Source: Pelagomonas calceolata (lineage: Eukaryota). From it: a DNA stretch of 64,000 nucleotides. Each line of letters starts with the position of its first letter. The first letter of the stretch is position 1. Below, piece after piece: positions 1 to 11,599 of this stretch. Location: NCBI GenBank assembly GCA_918797485.1, contig CAKKNE010000003.1, forward strand, positions 620,001-684,000, read 5' to 3'. The position numbers and the translations under genes are program-made. The notes under the pieces were generated by a model that had not been told where the DNA came from, made no database searches, and was given only the letters and a program-made list of their open reading frames with translations.

Positions 1-3000
1 CGCGGCCGTGTCCTCAGCCGCACCATCACCAGCGCCGCCTCCGCCAGTGCCGCCTCCGCGCGCGGCGCGCCGCTTCGCGATGCGCTTCTGGACTCCTATC
101 GCCGCCTCCGCGAAGGCGTCGAGCGCGACCACGACGCAGTCGTCGCCCAGCTTCATGAGCGTCTTGAGCAGCTTCTCGGCCGTCTTGTGGCCCTTTTTAC
201 CCCACTTCGCGAGGTGGCCGTGTTCCTTGAGCGCCATCGCCACCGGCACGAACAAGGCCTTGCTAAATTCGGGCGAGTCCTTTCGCATCATCGATTGCGA
301 TAGGTAGCGCAGAAACTCGTAGACGATCCGCGCGGACGGCCGGCCCGCGTCCTTGGCCTGTGCATAAATCAACCGGTGAGTCGGGTCGAGCTGGCGTCGC
401 GTCGATGGCGTGGATGTCATAATTCAGCAGTGGCGGAGATTTATGCACTGTCCTTGACAATGTCGAGCAGCGCCCGAAAGTGTTCAAGCGTGAGTTTTCC
501 GACGTGTTCCCATCGGTGGTCATCGTAGTCGTAGCCGTCCGCGCTATCGAGTCCCGCGCCAAAGTCCCAGCAATTGTCATCGTCGAACTTTGCCATGAAG
601 TCGTCAGGCAACCGCAGCGACCTAACGCACAGCAGCAGGGCGGCCACGTCCCTCACCTGCAGGCGGCCGTCATGTTTGTCATAGAAGCCGGGGGACGGGT
701 AAGCAGTAAAGACTTCGAAAATACCAACGTCCGTCGGAATTTGGATCCAATCGGCACAGCTCAAGAGCGGCAACAGGACCTCTACGGTTTCGTCGCAAAT
801 GAGCAGTGGCACAAGGCCCAGCCTTCCTGGTGGAGAGTGCGTCGTGTGCTTGATTAGCGAAGCGACGAGGACACCGGCTCTGGTACCCCCCTTCAAGAAC
901 GCGCCACCGCGGGCGAGGGCCCGCGCCATGACGTAGACCACGTCGCGCGAAGGCGGCGCGGCTGTCAGAAGCGCCAAAAGAGAATCGGTGATCAGATTTG
1001 TGCTCGCCTCATCACTGTCGGCGGCGAGCCGGCAGAGGGCAACGGCCACACGTATAAGATTCCTCAGAAGCCCCGCGTCCGTGCGCGGGGTATCCGTCGA
1101 CACGCGTAACAAATGAGAAAACGTTCCCGGAACCGCACCAAGCATGGCGGGCCTCGTGCTCTCGCGCACGATCACATCGACTAGCGCGTCAATGGTACCA
1201 CGGTCCGTCAGGTCCACCCACGTGCTGCCAGCGGATACAACATGTTCGACGAGCACAGCGACCGCCGAGTGGTAGGCCTCGTCGTCGGCGCCGTCCGCGT
1301 CGCGGGCGGCGACGCGCATGATCGCGGCGTCGACCGCCGAGAGCGAGAACTTGGCAGTCATTGAATTTATTAAATCCTTCAGATCCTGCGCCTCCGGACA
1401 AGAGGTTGTCAAGACTAGCGCACAGCCGTCGGTCGGCGCCTTTGGGACGTAGTTGACGAGCGCCACCATCGCGACGGATGCTATAACACTGTCAATCGCC
1501 ATGTCCCCGTCGCCGAAAAAAAGATCATACGCCAGCACCATCTCCGGCAATGCCGAGGCATCGTTCAGGTTCCTGAACTCATCTCTTAGCGAGGTGAGTT
1601 CATCTATGTCATCTGGGCCGACAGGGGGCAAATTGGACCGCCTACATCTAGCGGCAAGGGCGCGAGGCAGCCCGCTCGCCCGCACCGGACGCAGATTCCA
1701 GGCTTGTGCATTTGAAAGGAGCCGGGCCGCGACGGTGGCGGCGGTGTAGGCGATGCGTTGCGAGGAATCGCAGTCCTCGTCGTCGTCCTGCCCGTCGGTG
1801 CGCAGCGCGGCCGCGAGAAGGGCGCAGAGACAGCGCTGCATTTGGTCATCGAGGTCGCATGTCGCGGTACGGAGGGCGATGCCTGCCAGCGCGATCACGC
1901 TTCCCACGCACTCCCGGAGCTCTCGCCTCAGGCGGCCGGCACTTCGGCGCACAAACTCGTCCGCCAACTCGCCGCGCGCCTGCCGCCGCCGGCCGCCGGC
2001 CACGCTCAGCCCCAGGTCGAGCTCGACGTCGTCTTCGTCGTCAGTGTCCCAGGCTATCGGTGCGTCTACGCTATCGTCGACCCGGCGTGCGATCCGTGCA
2101 ATGGCGATGGTCCGAGCGCCGCAGTCGTCGTTTCTGACGTTTTCATGCACATAACACGGCTCGAGGTCGACGCACTGCAGTGCCGCGTCCCACAGCTCCG
2201 GCCACGCGCGGCGGCCGTCGGCGCGGTCGAAGAGCTCGAAGCCGTCGGCGTTCAGCTCGGGCGCCACCTTTGCATCCGCGTTCAGACCTTCGCAGACGCC
2301 CGCCGCGATCATCAGGCGCAGACGTTTGCTCTCCGCCGTATCCTTTTCCTGGAGACTGGCGTACAAGCCCGCGAGCGCGTGGCACGCCGCGAGGCGGCAG
2401 GCGGCGCAGCGACTGGCGTCGCGTATGAGCGCGAGGCAATGTGTCGCTAATCCCTCGCGCAGGTGGAGCACGGACGGGGCGCGGTGTATAATTGCCGCGC
2501 GCAGGAACATAAGAGCTTCGAACGTAGCATCGTGGTCCGCTTCGCGTTCGTCGGCCGTTCCGCGAGAGTGGCCTTCTGGCGGTATGGCTACAACGTCCAT
2601 CGCACCGCCAAACGTGCTTCGTGTCCACGCGCGCAGGCCCGGCGTACAGAGGTCCCGCGCCCGTTTGCAGGTCGCTGCCAGCGCGGCGAGCGGTCTTGCC
2701 ATGGAGCATTCATTTTCGTAATTTCCCGAAGCCTCGTCCACAACCCCCGCCAGACCTCGCGAGAGAGCCCAGATCGGCCGCGTCGCCGCGTCGCCTCGCA
2801 GCCGATCCAAATAGAAATTGCCAAGAAGGTCCGGATCGTCCCCCGCCGCTTCCGCTTCCTCGCCGGTGACGAGCTCGACGTCGAGCTGGTCACCCTCCAC
2901 CAGCCCCAGGTCCGCGGCCGTCTGCTCGGCGTGGACGCGCGAGCCTTTAAATAGGAAGCAGCGCGAGTCTACGTCCTCGCTCTTCGCGTAGGCGTCGAAG

Positions 3001-3119
3001 AGCGCTTGCATCTTGGTCGTCGAGTTGACCTTAAACGTTTGCTTCTTCCCCTGCTGGTCGCAGGCATGGACAGTGATCGCGGCGCGCGCGGCGGCCGGCG
3101 CTTGGGCCGGCGCCGCCAT
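1..3119 (-). CDS. Protein with an N-terminal ubiquitin/SUMO-like domain and a long alpha-helical (ARM-like) body; one intron (358-458); 3' end runs off the window
   Basis: ORF 441-3335, likely ATG at 3119 (MAAPAQ). ITVHACDQQGKKQTFKVNSTTKMQALFDAY...FLFKGSRVHAEQTAADLGLVEGDQLDV is a SUMO/Rad60-SLD-like pattern. Removing 358-458 continues the frame as DI|AKDAGRPSARIVYEFLRYL to the window edge. Confidence 0.7.
358..458 (-). mobile_element. Introner-element intron (GT-AG) with TIR and 8-bp target-site duplication
   Basis: Minus strand reads GTCAAGGA-CAGTGCATAAATC...GATTTATGCACAG-GCCAAGGA: 13-bp TIR with 1 mismatch and 8-bp direct repeat with 1 mismatch. Splicing from the GT of the first copy to the terminal AG restores the frame. 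Confidence 0.85.
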
Positions 3120-3337
3120 TGCGCGCGCGAGTCGCGGTCGCGCGGCTGGCAATCCCGCACGCGGCGCCGGGACTGCTCGTTCGGGCGTGAGCCTGTCGGC
3201 ACCCCAATCGACCGAGGAGCCGGGCGGACTTGGGTGAGCACCGGTTCGTCGATCAAACAGCTCCAAGAGCGTTGCGGCGCGGGCTGCGGGGCAGCGCTTT
3301 CGCTCGCGCGGCACCGGATCCGGAGACCACTGCAATT

Positions 3338-3359
3338 CTAGTGTCTTACAAGCGCTAGC
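3338..3359 (-). promoter_or_regulatory. Conserved intergenic motif, copy 1
   Basis: CTAGTGTCTTACAAGCGCTAGC, about 220 bp upstream of the ATG at 3119. Confidence 0.65.
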
Positions 3360-3440
3360 TGCGCGCCGGCGCGGAGCATCTGCGGTCGGGGCAGAGTGGC
3401 GTAGACCGGGGCACGGCTAGAGAAACGAAAAGTTAGGGTA

Positions 3441-6400
3441 TCACATCGCGAACGGGTCGAACGTCTTCACCGGCACGGCGACGACGCGGCCTGGCGAGGC
3501 CGCCGGCGGCGGCGCTGACGACCGGCGCGCAGCGGCGGCGACGGCGCGACGACGGCCGGCGGCTTCGCCGTCGCGCCGTCCTCGAAGCCGTCGAGCTCGG
3601 CCATGTCGTCGTGCCGGCGAGGGGGCGGCCGCGCCGCCCGCGTGGCGTTCGCGACCTCGCGCGCTTCCGCTCCTCGCGCAGCCGCCGCGGCGGCCGCGGC
3701 CTTCGCCGCGGCGCGGGCGCGCGCCCGGATCGCCCGCGGCGCCTCCACCTTTTGCCCTCGGCGCGCGCCGCCCGTCAGCGGCACGATCGGCGTCTCGACG
3801 AAGGGCCCCTTGTGCGCGAGCTGCCAGCCGCCCGTGTCCGGCTCGTCGCCGACGGGCGTCCGCTCCCACTCGCGCTTGTCGATCGTAACCTTCAGAATGT
3901 CCACAAAGCCTTCTTCACGCACCGCTCCGTCCACGGCCGCCGAGTAGTCGCACGCCGGGCTCGAGTTCACTTCAATCAACCAGGGCCGCAGCTCCGCGTC
4001 GACCATGAAGTCGTAGCCATACAGCTCCCAGGAGTTCTTCCGGTGCTCTATCGAATCGCGCGCGGCCTGGAGCACCTCGACGGCAATTTTGCGCATCTCC
4101 GGTTGCACCACATCAGTGAAGACGTCATCAGAGTCTTTACACTTGCGTAACCTATCCGTCGTCGCGTCCGTCCGCGCCATCTTCCAGTCCAGAAAACCGG
4201 CAAAGTCCTCTTGCGTCCACATGCAGTCCTCGATGCTCACACCGTTCTCCGCTTCGATGTCATCATGGAAGTTCTCCCCATCCTTTTGTATACTATTATT
4301 CACCAGGTGCACGAAGGGATTTTCCAAGGATTCCCGCGCGTCCGTGAACTTATGGGACGTGAACCGCGCGTAGCACTCGTCATAGAAATAGATCGTGAGG
4401 GGGTTCCAGTCCGTCACGAGGACCCACTGCCTCAGGTCGAACTTCCGCTCCGCAATTAACAACTGCGACTCCATGTACTTCTGGACGATCCAGAGCGCGC
4501 CCGAGCCGCCCGTCTTCGCGTCGCAGTGGTCCAGTAGTCTATCCAAATCATCAAAGGTCGCGATGCCTCTCCCCCTTGATTTCGCGGCGGGCTTGGCGAT
4601 CCAGGTATTTCGCGTCGAGGCGGGGCCACCATTAAGCTGGTGCTGCGGGTCGAGGGAACTCAACTGCGCCAGGACCGCCTCGATCTCCTTCCTCAGATCA
4701 TCTTTCAACGGGGAGGGCGCGCGCATCAAGTTGCGGCGCGCCTCCTTGCGTCTCTCGGTGAGCTCGGCCTTCCGGATTCTCTCCAACTTGTCTTCCCGCG
4801 CGCGCGCGAGGATGGACCCGGCCTGGTCCAACGAGCTCCGCGTCTCTTCTTCGTCGGGTACGTCTTTCAAATGCAACAGATCATCCAAGGTCGGGGGCAT
4901 GTCCTTCGGCAGGGCCAGGGAGCAATCCACCCGACCCTGGGCGTGCCTCATAGCTTCCCACTCGAGGTCCGTGACTAACCTATCAGAGTAGCCCGAACCC
5001 CGTCCAGCTCCGTGTCGTCATCAACTAGCACCCGCAGCTTCTTCCGGCAGACCCGCAGCGCGATCCGCAGCAATTCCTCGTTGAACAACAAGGGCGCCTC
5101 CTTGTCTCCTAAGACACCGTCGAGTTCGTCCATCTCCAGACTATCAATGTCCGACGCGTCGTCGGCCGGCGCGGGCGCCTCGGCGACGGGCGCCGGCGCC
5201 GGCGCCTCCGCGACGTCGTCGGTCGACTCCATGTTCATTTCGTCGGCGGACGCGGCGGGGTCCGTCACCTCCGAATCTGACTCGGACGAGTCCTCCGAGG
5301 ACGACTCGTCGCTGGACGAGGCCCCCGCCAGGCTCCTGATCACGTTCTTGAGGCACTTCTCCGCTTCCAATCCGCGAAAGTCGTCGAGGAAGCCCGGGCG
5401 CATGCGGGGACGACAGGTCGTAGGCCCGCGGGTAGACGTGGTCGCTGTGGTCGTCGCAGTGCCAGTGCAACTCACACAAGCTACGCGTCAGGCCCGCCTT
5501 CGTCGTAATCGCCGTGTTTTTGAGGAAGTGGTTCGTGAGCTGGTTCGGCTTGATGCCTTTGTCGATGTCGTTGCTCCGCAGCGTCCACTTCAGGTCGTAG
5601 AACGTCGACTCGCGGTCGTCATTGAAGTGCCAGCCGCGCTCGAGCAACGCGTCTTTCACACAAGGGTACCAGCCCGTCATGCAAAAAACCTTCGTGTCCT
5701 TCGATAACCCTAACTTGCGCTTGTAGTCCTTGAAGTCCCTTCCCACAGCACCGGTGGGCTGGTCCTTCTCGGACACCTTGTTGAGTCTAGCTATGGCCTC
5801 GGCCTGCTGCTCTCTTCTTAGTCGTCTTCGTTCTTTCTCCTCCTCGGTCAGCACGGGCTTCGCGGGCGCTTCTTCCTTGGCCGCGACCTTGCGCACGGGC
5901 TCGTTCTCCTTGTCCTCGCCCCTGTCAACGAGTTCCTTGGGCGCTCGCGGTTCAGGACGCGCTCCCTGACTAATTCCTGGCGTCGTAGTAATCTCTGGGC
6001 CTTTTTCTGCTCGGCCTCGACCTTCGCGCGCTTGTCCGCGGCGATCTTCTCGAGCTGGAGCCGCGTCCGCTCCTGGCGGAGCCTCGCCTGCTCGGCGCGC
6101 TTCCGCTTGAGCGCCTCCTTGGCCTCCTCGGCGTTCAGGAAGTCCTCGTCGGTCAGCACGTTCTGCTTCTCGAGCACGTTCCGCTCGGCCTGCTTCAATA
6201 AAGAGGCGGCCTTCGCCGCCGAGCCCTGGACGACGTCCGCCACCACCTCGCCCAGTTCCTCCTTCCGCTTCAGCGCCTCCTCGCGGCGCTGCCGCGCGCG
6301 CCGCAGGCCGTTCTCGCGCACTTTGCGCTTGAACTCGTCCTCCTTCGCCTTGTCGCCCTCGGCGGACGCCAAATCCTGCCGTCTTTTAAGAGCCAGCGTC

Positions 6401-6955
6401 TTCATCAAGCGTTTGTACTGCTGCTTCTGGCGCCGCCGCGTCTCGCGCACCCGCGCCTCCTTCGCGAGCTGCTCCTCCTCCGGGTCCGCCTCTTCTACCT
6501 CTTCTTGCGGGCCGGCGGCGGCACCTCCGCATGGCCTTGCGCGCTTCCGCCGCCGCTAATAACTTCGCCTGCTTCTTCTTCCGCCTTCTAGCCTCCTTCT
6601 TGGCCCGCAGGAGCTCCTCCTGCTGCGCGCGCTGCTTCTCGAGCTGCACCTTCTGGAGGTACTGCTGGTGCCGCTCCGACGCGTCGAAGCCGTGCCGCTG
6701 CGCGTCGGCCTCCTCCTCATCCTCGGCGAAGAGCTCGCGCGGGTCCTCATCAAAATCGTCCATGGCGTCGTCGCTCCCGGAGTCTCCATCGTCGTCCCAC
6801 GGCACGATGGGAATGGGATCCTTGGCGCCGGGCACCTCCGGCGAGAATCCCGTGAAGACGCCCATGGTCGCGAAGACCGCCGCCGGCGCCGCGTCCCCAA
6901 CACCGGGTGGGGACGGGAGGAGCCGGTTGGGGTCGAGGTCCTGGGCCAGGGCCAT
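3441..6955 (-). CDS. Tubulin-tyrosine-ligase-like protein (TTLL3/8 glycylase-like) with a coiled-coil N-terminus; broken by several frameshifts
   Basis: Motifs WIAKPAAKSRGRGI, IVQKYME, RKFDLRQWVLVTDWNPLTIYFY and ELYGYDFMVD..PWLIEVNSSP. The product is spread over consecutive overlapping ORFs (6386-7090, 5848-6450, 5144-5896, 4975-5475, 3467-4951, 3441-3869). Confidence 0.8.
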
Positions 6956-7267
6956 CCTTGTACGGCGGCGTGGGGCTGCCCCTCGCACGGCTCGCGGGCG
7001 CGTCGGTGTGGTCCAGCGCCAGAAGCCGTCACCGCGCGAGCGCTGCGGTCGTCGAGAAGCGGATTTTGGCAGCTCGGCCTTGGCAGCCAAATAACCGCCG
7101 GACGGGTTTTCTCAAACGCTGCCCGCTAGCCAGGCGTCGAGGGGCGCCGAGGAGCAGTCGGAGGACGCCTCGTTTGTTGAGCCCTGGGCGCGCGCGCACC
7201 GGGCGGGTTTGGTTTGGTTGGCGCCAGTACGAGCTTAAGCGCTTGTAATCGGGCCGCGAAGGACCGC

Positions 7268-7969
7268 ATGGATCCCGCGAGGGAGCCCCGAGACCCCGTG
7301 CCGGAGGGGCAGCCCGGGGCCGCGAGCACGGATGCGTCCCGGGAGCCCGCGAGGGAGCCACGCCCCGCGACGCCGCCGGGGCAGCCCGGGGCCGCGGGGG
7401 ACCGCACGGATGCGACCCGGGCGCCTACGCAGCACCGCGTCGTGTTCGAGGTGCTGGCGGAGCCGCAGCCGAAACCGATGAAGCGGATCGAGTTCGCGAT
7501 CGACGGCCGGGCCGCGGAGGAGGAGGAGGCCCAGCGCATGTCGATGCGCGAGTGGTTCGCGGGCGCGGGCGACGACGTCCTGACCTACGACCAGGTCATG
7601 GCGCGCCTGCCGCCGCCGCTGCCGCGCGACGACGCCGCGGCGCGGGCCTACGCGGCCGCGGACGTCGACGCGGGCGCGCCGCCGCGCGTCTGGGCCGGCG
7701 CCGGCGCCGAGGCGTGCTCGCCGTGCCGCGCGCCGCACGCTGAAGCCGTGGACCTCGGGTCGCCGGCGAGCCCCCGCGTCGAGGACGTGCCCGCGCGCCG
7801 CGAGGTCGACATGGCTCGCATGCCCGAGCCCGACGTCGAGACCCTCGAGGCGTCCATGCGTGCGCTGCAAGCCGAGATCGAGCGGCGCGAGCGGCGGCGC
7901 GGCAAACGTCCTCCGCCGCGGCCCGGGGCCCGGCGCATCTTCGGCGACGTGAAGAATCGCGTGGCGTAA
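7268..7969 (+). CDS. Hypothetical protein (about 233 aa) with an imperfect N-terminal duplication (PAREPR..P.GQPGAA..TDA x2)
   Basis: ORF 7214-7969 with ATG at 7268, strong GC3 bias, divergent from the TTLL gene. Confidence 0.55.
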   Translation: MDPAREPRDPVPEGQPGAASTDASREPAREPRPATPPGQPGAAGDRTDATRAPTQHRVVFEVLAEPQPKPMKRIEFAIDGRAAEEEEAQRMSMREWFAGAGDDVLTYDQVMARLPPPLPRDDAAARAYAAADVDAGAPPRVWAGAGAEACSPCRAPHAEAVDLGSPASPRVEDVPARREVDMARMPEPDVETLEASMRALQAEIERRERRRGKRPPPRPGARRIFGDVKNRVA

Positions 7970-8247
7970 TATGGCTGTTCTGTGGATTCTTCTCGCCGCG
8001 GTTTCTTCGGTCGCCGATCGCAGCGGTCGGTCGTGCAGAATCTTGCGTGGAGGTCCGGGTACCGCGACGCGTAGCAGGCGGGCGACTCGTCGTGCGTGAA
8101 GGCGTACGCCACGGAAGCGACCGCGAGGAGGCTAGCGCGCGCGCCATCCTAGGCTCGGAGCCTGGCGACCTGTCTTGCTTGTCGGCGAAGTCTGGAAGAG
8201 AGCACCGCCCCCGCGTCGCCGCTCGCGCGAAACGTGCGACATTACGC

Positions 8248-8270
8248 GCTAGCGGCTGTAAGACACTAGC
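8248..8270 (+). promoter_or_regulatory. Conserved intergenic motif, copy 2
   Basis: GCTAGCGGCTGTAAGACACTAGC, about 220 bp upstream of the SAP-La gene. Confidence 0.7.
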
Positions 8271-8487
8271 AAATGGGCTGGAGCCGAGGGCTGTGCTGCG
8301 CAGGCGGGCGGGCGGGCACGCACGAGATTCGCTTTGACTGATTTTCGACGCAGGAGCTGCACCACTCTTTGGTCCGGTAAGAACCCGCACTAGTTAAGAC
8401 GTCTGGCGTGTAGCACAAGCATCGGAGCAGTGCAGCCTGTGTGCAGAGCTTGCCGCGGGCGGCCCGAGAGACGCAACGCAAGCACCC

Positions 8488-9707
8488 ATGGACGCGGCCC
8501 CAACACAAGCAATGGTGGAGCCAAAGAAACTGAAGGTCGTCGAGCTGCGCGCCGAACTGAGAAGGCGGGGCCTGGCCGCGGACGGCCTCAAGGCCGTGCT
8601 CGTCGACCGCCTCCAGGCGGCGCTGGACGAGGAGGAGTTCGGCCTCGGGGCACCGTCGCCCGCGCCTGAGCCCGCAGCCGAGCCGGCGGCCGCCGCGCCG
8701 CCGCCGCCCGAGCCGGCCTCGAACGAGGAGCCCGCGCCGCCGGTTTCTGCACAGGTCCAAGCCGCACGGGCCCTTCGCGCCCGGCGGGCCGCCGCGGCCG
8801 GGCCCGAGCCAGTCGAGGCCGCGGGCGCGCCGAGCGAGCGCGACCTGATGGCGGCGATGGGCCTGCCGACAGCATTGGGTGGTCCCGCGGCCGCGCCGAC
8901 GCCCGCCGCGGCGCCGGCGGATGAGCCAGGGACGCAGAAGACGTGCAAGCACTGCGGCCAGGCACGGTCGCAGAGCATGTTCGTCGAGAAGCAATGGAAG
9001 AAGCCCCGGCCGACGTGCGTCGACTGCGCCGCGAAGCTGTCGGCGCAGAACGAGCCGACTCGGACGAAGCCGCCTCCGTCCGACGGCGGGGTCAGCGTGC
9101 GGCAGCAGCTCGAGTACTACTTCTCGCCGAGGAATTGGGGCCAGGACGCGTTTCTCAAGAGCCTGGCGGACGAGGACGGCGCGGTCGCGCTGGAGGCCTT
9201 CTTCACGTTCCCGCGCATCGCGGCGCTGCTCTGTGTGGAAATCAAAACTGCACGGCGTATTCGTGCCGATGCCGGTCGGGTTATCGCCGAGAAATTATTT
9301 CTATATAGGCGCTCCTCCCGACGACGGTCGACGCGGCGAAGACGGCGGACGACGACCGGCGCGTGCTCGCGGCGGCGGTCCGCAAGTCAAGCCAGCTGGA
9401 CCTGACGGCCGACGGGCTGCGCGTGAAGGCGCGGCGGAAGCGCGAGCGCGCCGAGAAACCCCCCGCCATCGCGGGCCTGGAGCTGTCCGAGGAGGAGCTC
9501 GCGCGGCGCGCAAAGCGGGCGGGCCGGTTCGCCGCCGACGCGGCGCGGCCGCCACCGCCGCCGCCGAAGCGGACGTTCGCCCACCCCGGCGGCAAGATCA
9601 CGTCGAACAAGGAGGAGGCGACGATGAATTTCCTGAAGAGAAAGGTGGAGGCTGAGCAGGAGCCGCCGGCGCAGCGGCCAGCGATCTATGACGAAGAACC
9701 TGAGTAA
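8488..9707 (+). CDS. SAP domain + CxxC...CxxC zinc finger + La-motif (HTH) protein; one intron (9223-9308)
   Basis: SAP: KLKVVELRAELRRRGLAADGLKAVLVDRL. Zinc finger: CKHC...CVDC. La motif: VRQQLEYYFS..N...DAFL...FPRI, completed after splicing by AVRKSSQLDLTADGLRVK. Confidence 0.8.
9223..9308 (+). mobile_element. Introner-element intron (GC-AG)
   Basis: GCGCTGCT-CTGTGTGGAAAT...ATTTCTATATAG-GCGCTCCT: 8-bp duplication with 1 mismatch and an imperfect 12-bp TIR. Removal joins ORF 8488 to the frame of ORF 9363-9707. Confidence 0.85.
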
Positions 9708-11278
9708 TATGCCAATTCCCGCAGTTTCACTAGACGCGTTGATGGCGTGATAGAGACCTCATCGACGAGTCGGGGGTCAGTCGGAGAGGTCTGTTTTCAA
9801 AAGCCATCCATCCCTAGGCGCCTTAAGCGCTATATATGCGCGTGTACATACACGCGGACGCGCATACATGGCGTATATACGAATCCTAGTATGTTGATAC
9901 GCTAGATCACTAGGTCTTGCGGCTCGCCAAAATACACCAGCGATTGACGGTGCCTTCTACCGTCCAAATGGTACATCATATCAACTCCAGCCCAGTTTTC
10001 ACACAAAATCGACGGAACCGGAGCCGACGGCCCGCGCTCGGAGGGCGGGAGAAGAATTCTACTAGACAACTCTCGCGTTTATGTTCGTTTCCTTCCGTTT
10101 GTTAGTGGTAGATTCCATCCAGCCCGCCTCGGCGACCACTGAGCTATTTTAGATATTCCGTTAGAGCCTCGCGATTCGTCGTCTTGGCGACCACGCGTTT
10201 GTGCAAAAATGGGCTTAATACCTAGACCCGCGAGTATCAGCGACGACACCATCCAGATGGACCATAACACCGTTGTTCTATTCACGATCGACCGACTTGC
10301 CCGTTCTCCGCGGACGACGGTGCGTACGCGGGGCACTGAATTGGCCCCAGACCCGTGAGTTATGAAATAAACTCGCGTTTCAGGCGCTTTAGTAGTGGGA
10401 CGGGCCAGGTAACCGGCCTGATCGTCTACTACATTGGATTACCTGTCCCGTTTACAACTCGCGCCTTGTCGGTCTCGCGAGCCCACCATCTGGCTTAGAT
10501 GGGCACCACACCTGGATCTGCGGCCATCAGCCCGTGTACCTTCCCCATGGACCATGACGCGATCATTTGTTTCATGATCGACGGACTTACGCGAGGTCCA
10601 GATAAAGATGTTCACGTCCCGAGCGTGGGCAGCCAAAAGTACCCTTCTTATAATGTAGATGTCATATACTTGTAATTGACTATCGGTGGGGTAGTATGGG
10701 GTCCAACGAGACCGCTACGGCGACTACTGGTGGCCCTCGGGTAATTGCGTATTTGACGGTGACGGGGCGCCATCGGGCCCAAAGTATTTACTTTTTGTGG
10801 ATGCAGATCGGCCCTCGGACTGCCGGGATAGGTCTGGGGTCGGGTGGTCCCCTAGACCGCATGCGCCGATTCTTGGGGCTCCCCAGAGGCCTGGATCGAA
10901 AACTTTGGGGATCATGGCGCTGTCCGCGCACTGCTGAGGACCTGTCTTGATTTGTATCCACGATCGAAGCGCCCGCGCATGCGGGCGCGCGATTTGCGTG
11001 CCCAGGACAGATCCTAGGCGACCCCAGGGAGACCTCGGGACCACAGAATCGACAGGATTCCATCGACGCGCCCGCCCTGGTGGCGTCGTCAATATCGCGA
11101 ATTAAAAAATTAAATTTTTTCGCCCCCCAGGAAGAGTCCCATTGATGTCTATGGACCATTAGCGATCCGAACGATACTCAAACAATTGCATGCCGCGTTT
11201 CTTGAATCTTCAAAAACAGGTTCCGCAGTGCATGCAAACACCGTTCACGGCCACAAAGGCCGTCCAAACTGCGGCATT

Positions 11279-11338
11279 GATCGAATAGGGCCGCGAGGCA
11301 GCCCAACCGATCGAACAGGGCCGCGAGGCAGCCCCATC
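11279..11338. repeat. 30-bp tandem duplication
   Basis: GATCGAATAGGGCCGCGAGGCAGCCCAACC / GATCGAACAGGGCCGCGAGGCAGCCCCATC. Confidence 0.8.
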
Positions 11339-11599
11339 AGTTGCCCGGGGCCGATGCCCAGCGCACCACATAACATGGGGCACCATGACGCCTTGCCAAG
11401 CGCCAAACGGCAAGCGATGCATTACGCTGCTGCGGCGATTGATTGCTGCTCCGTACGCAAAGTGAAGCCAAGAAACGATGCAGGACACCACCACTCTCTA
11501 AAAAATGACGCGAGCTGACTGCGGCCAAGCGGGCTCTCGAGGGTCACACCTCGTCAGCCGTTGACCCCCGCCACTGAAATCGCGCTCGCTGGCGAGCGA

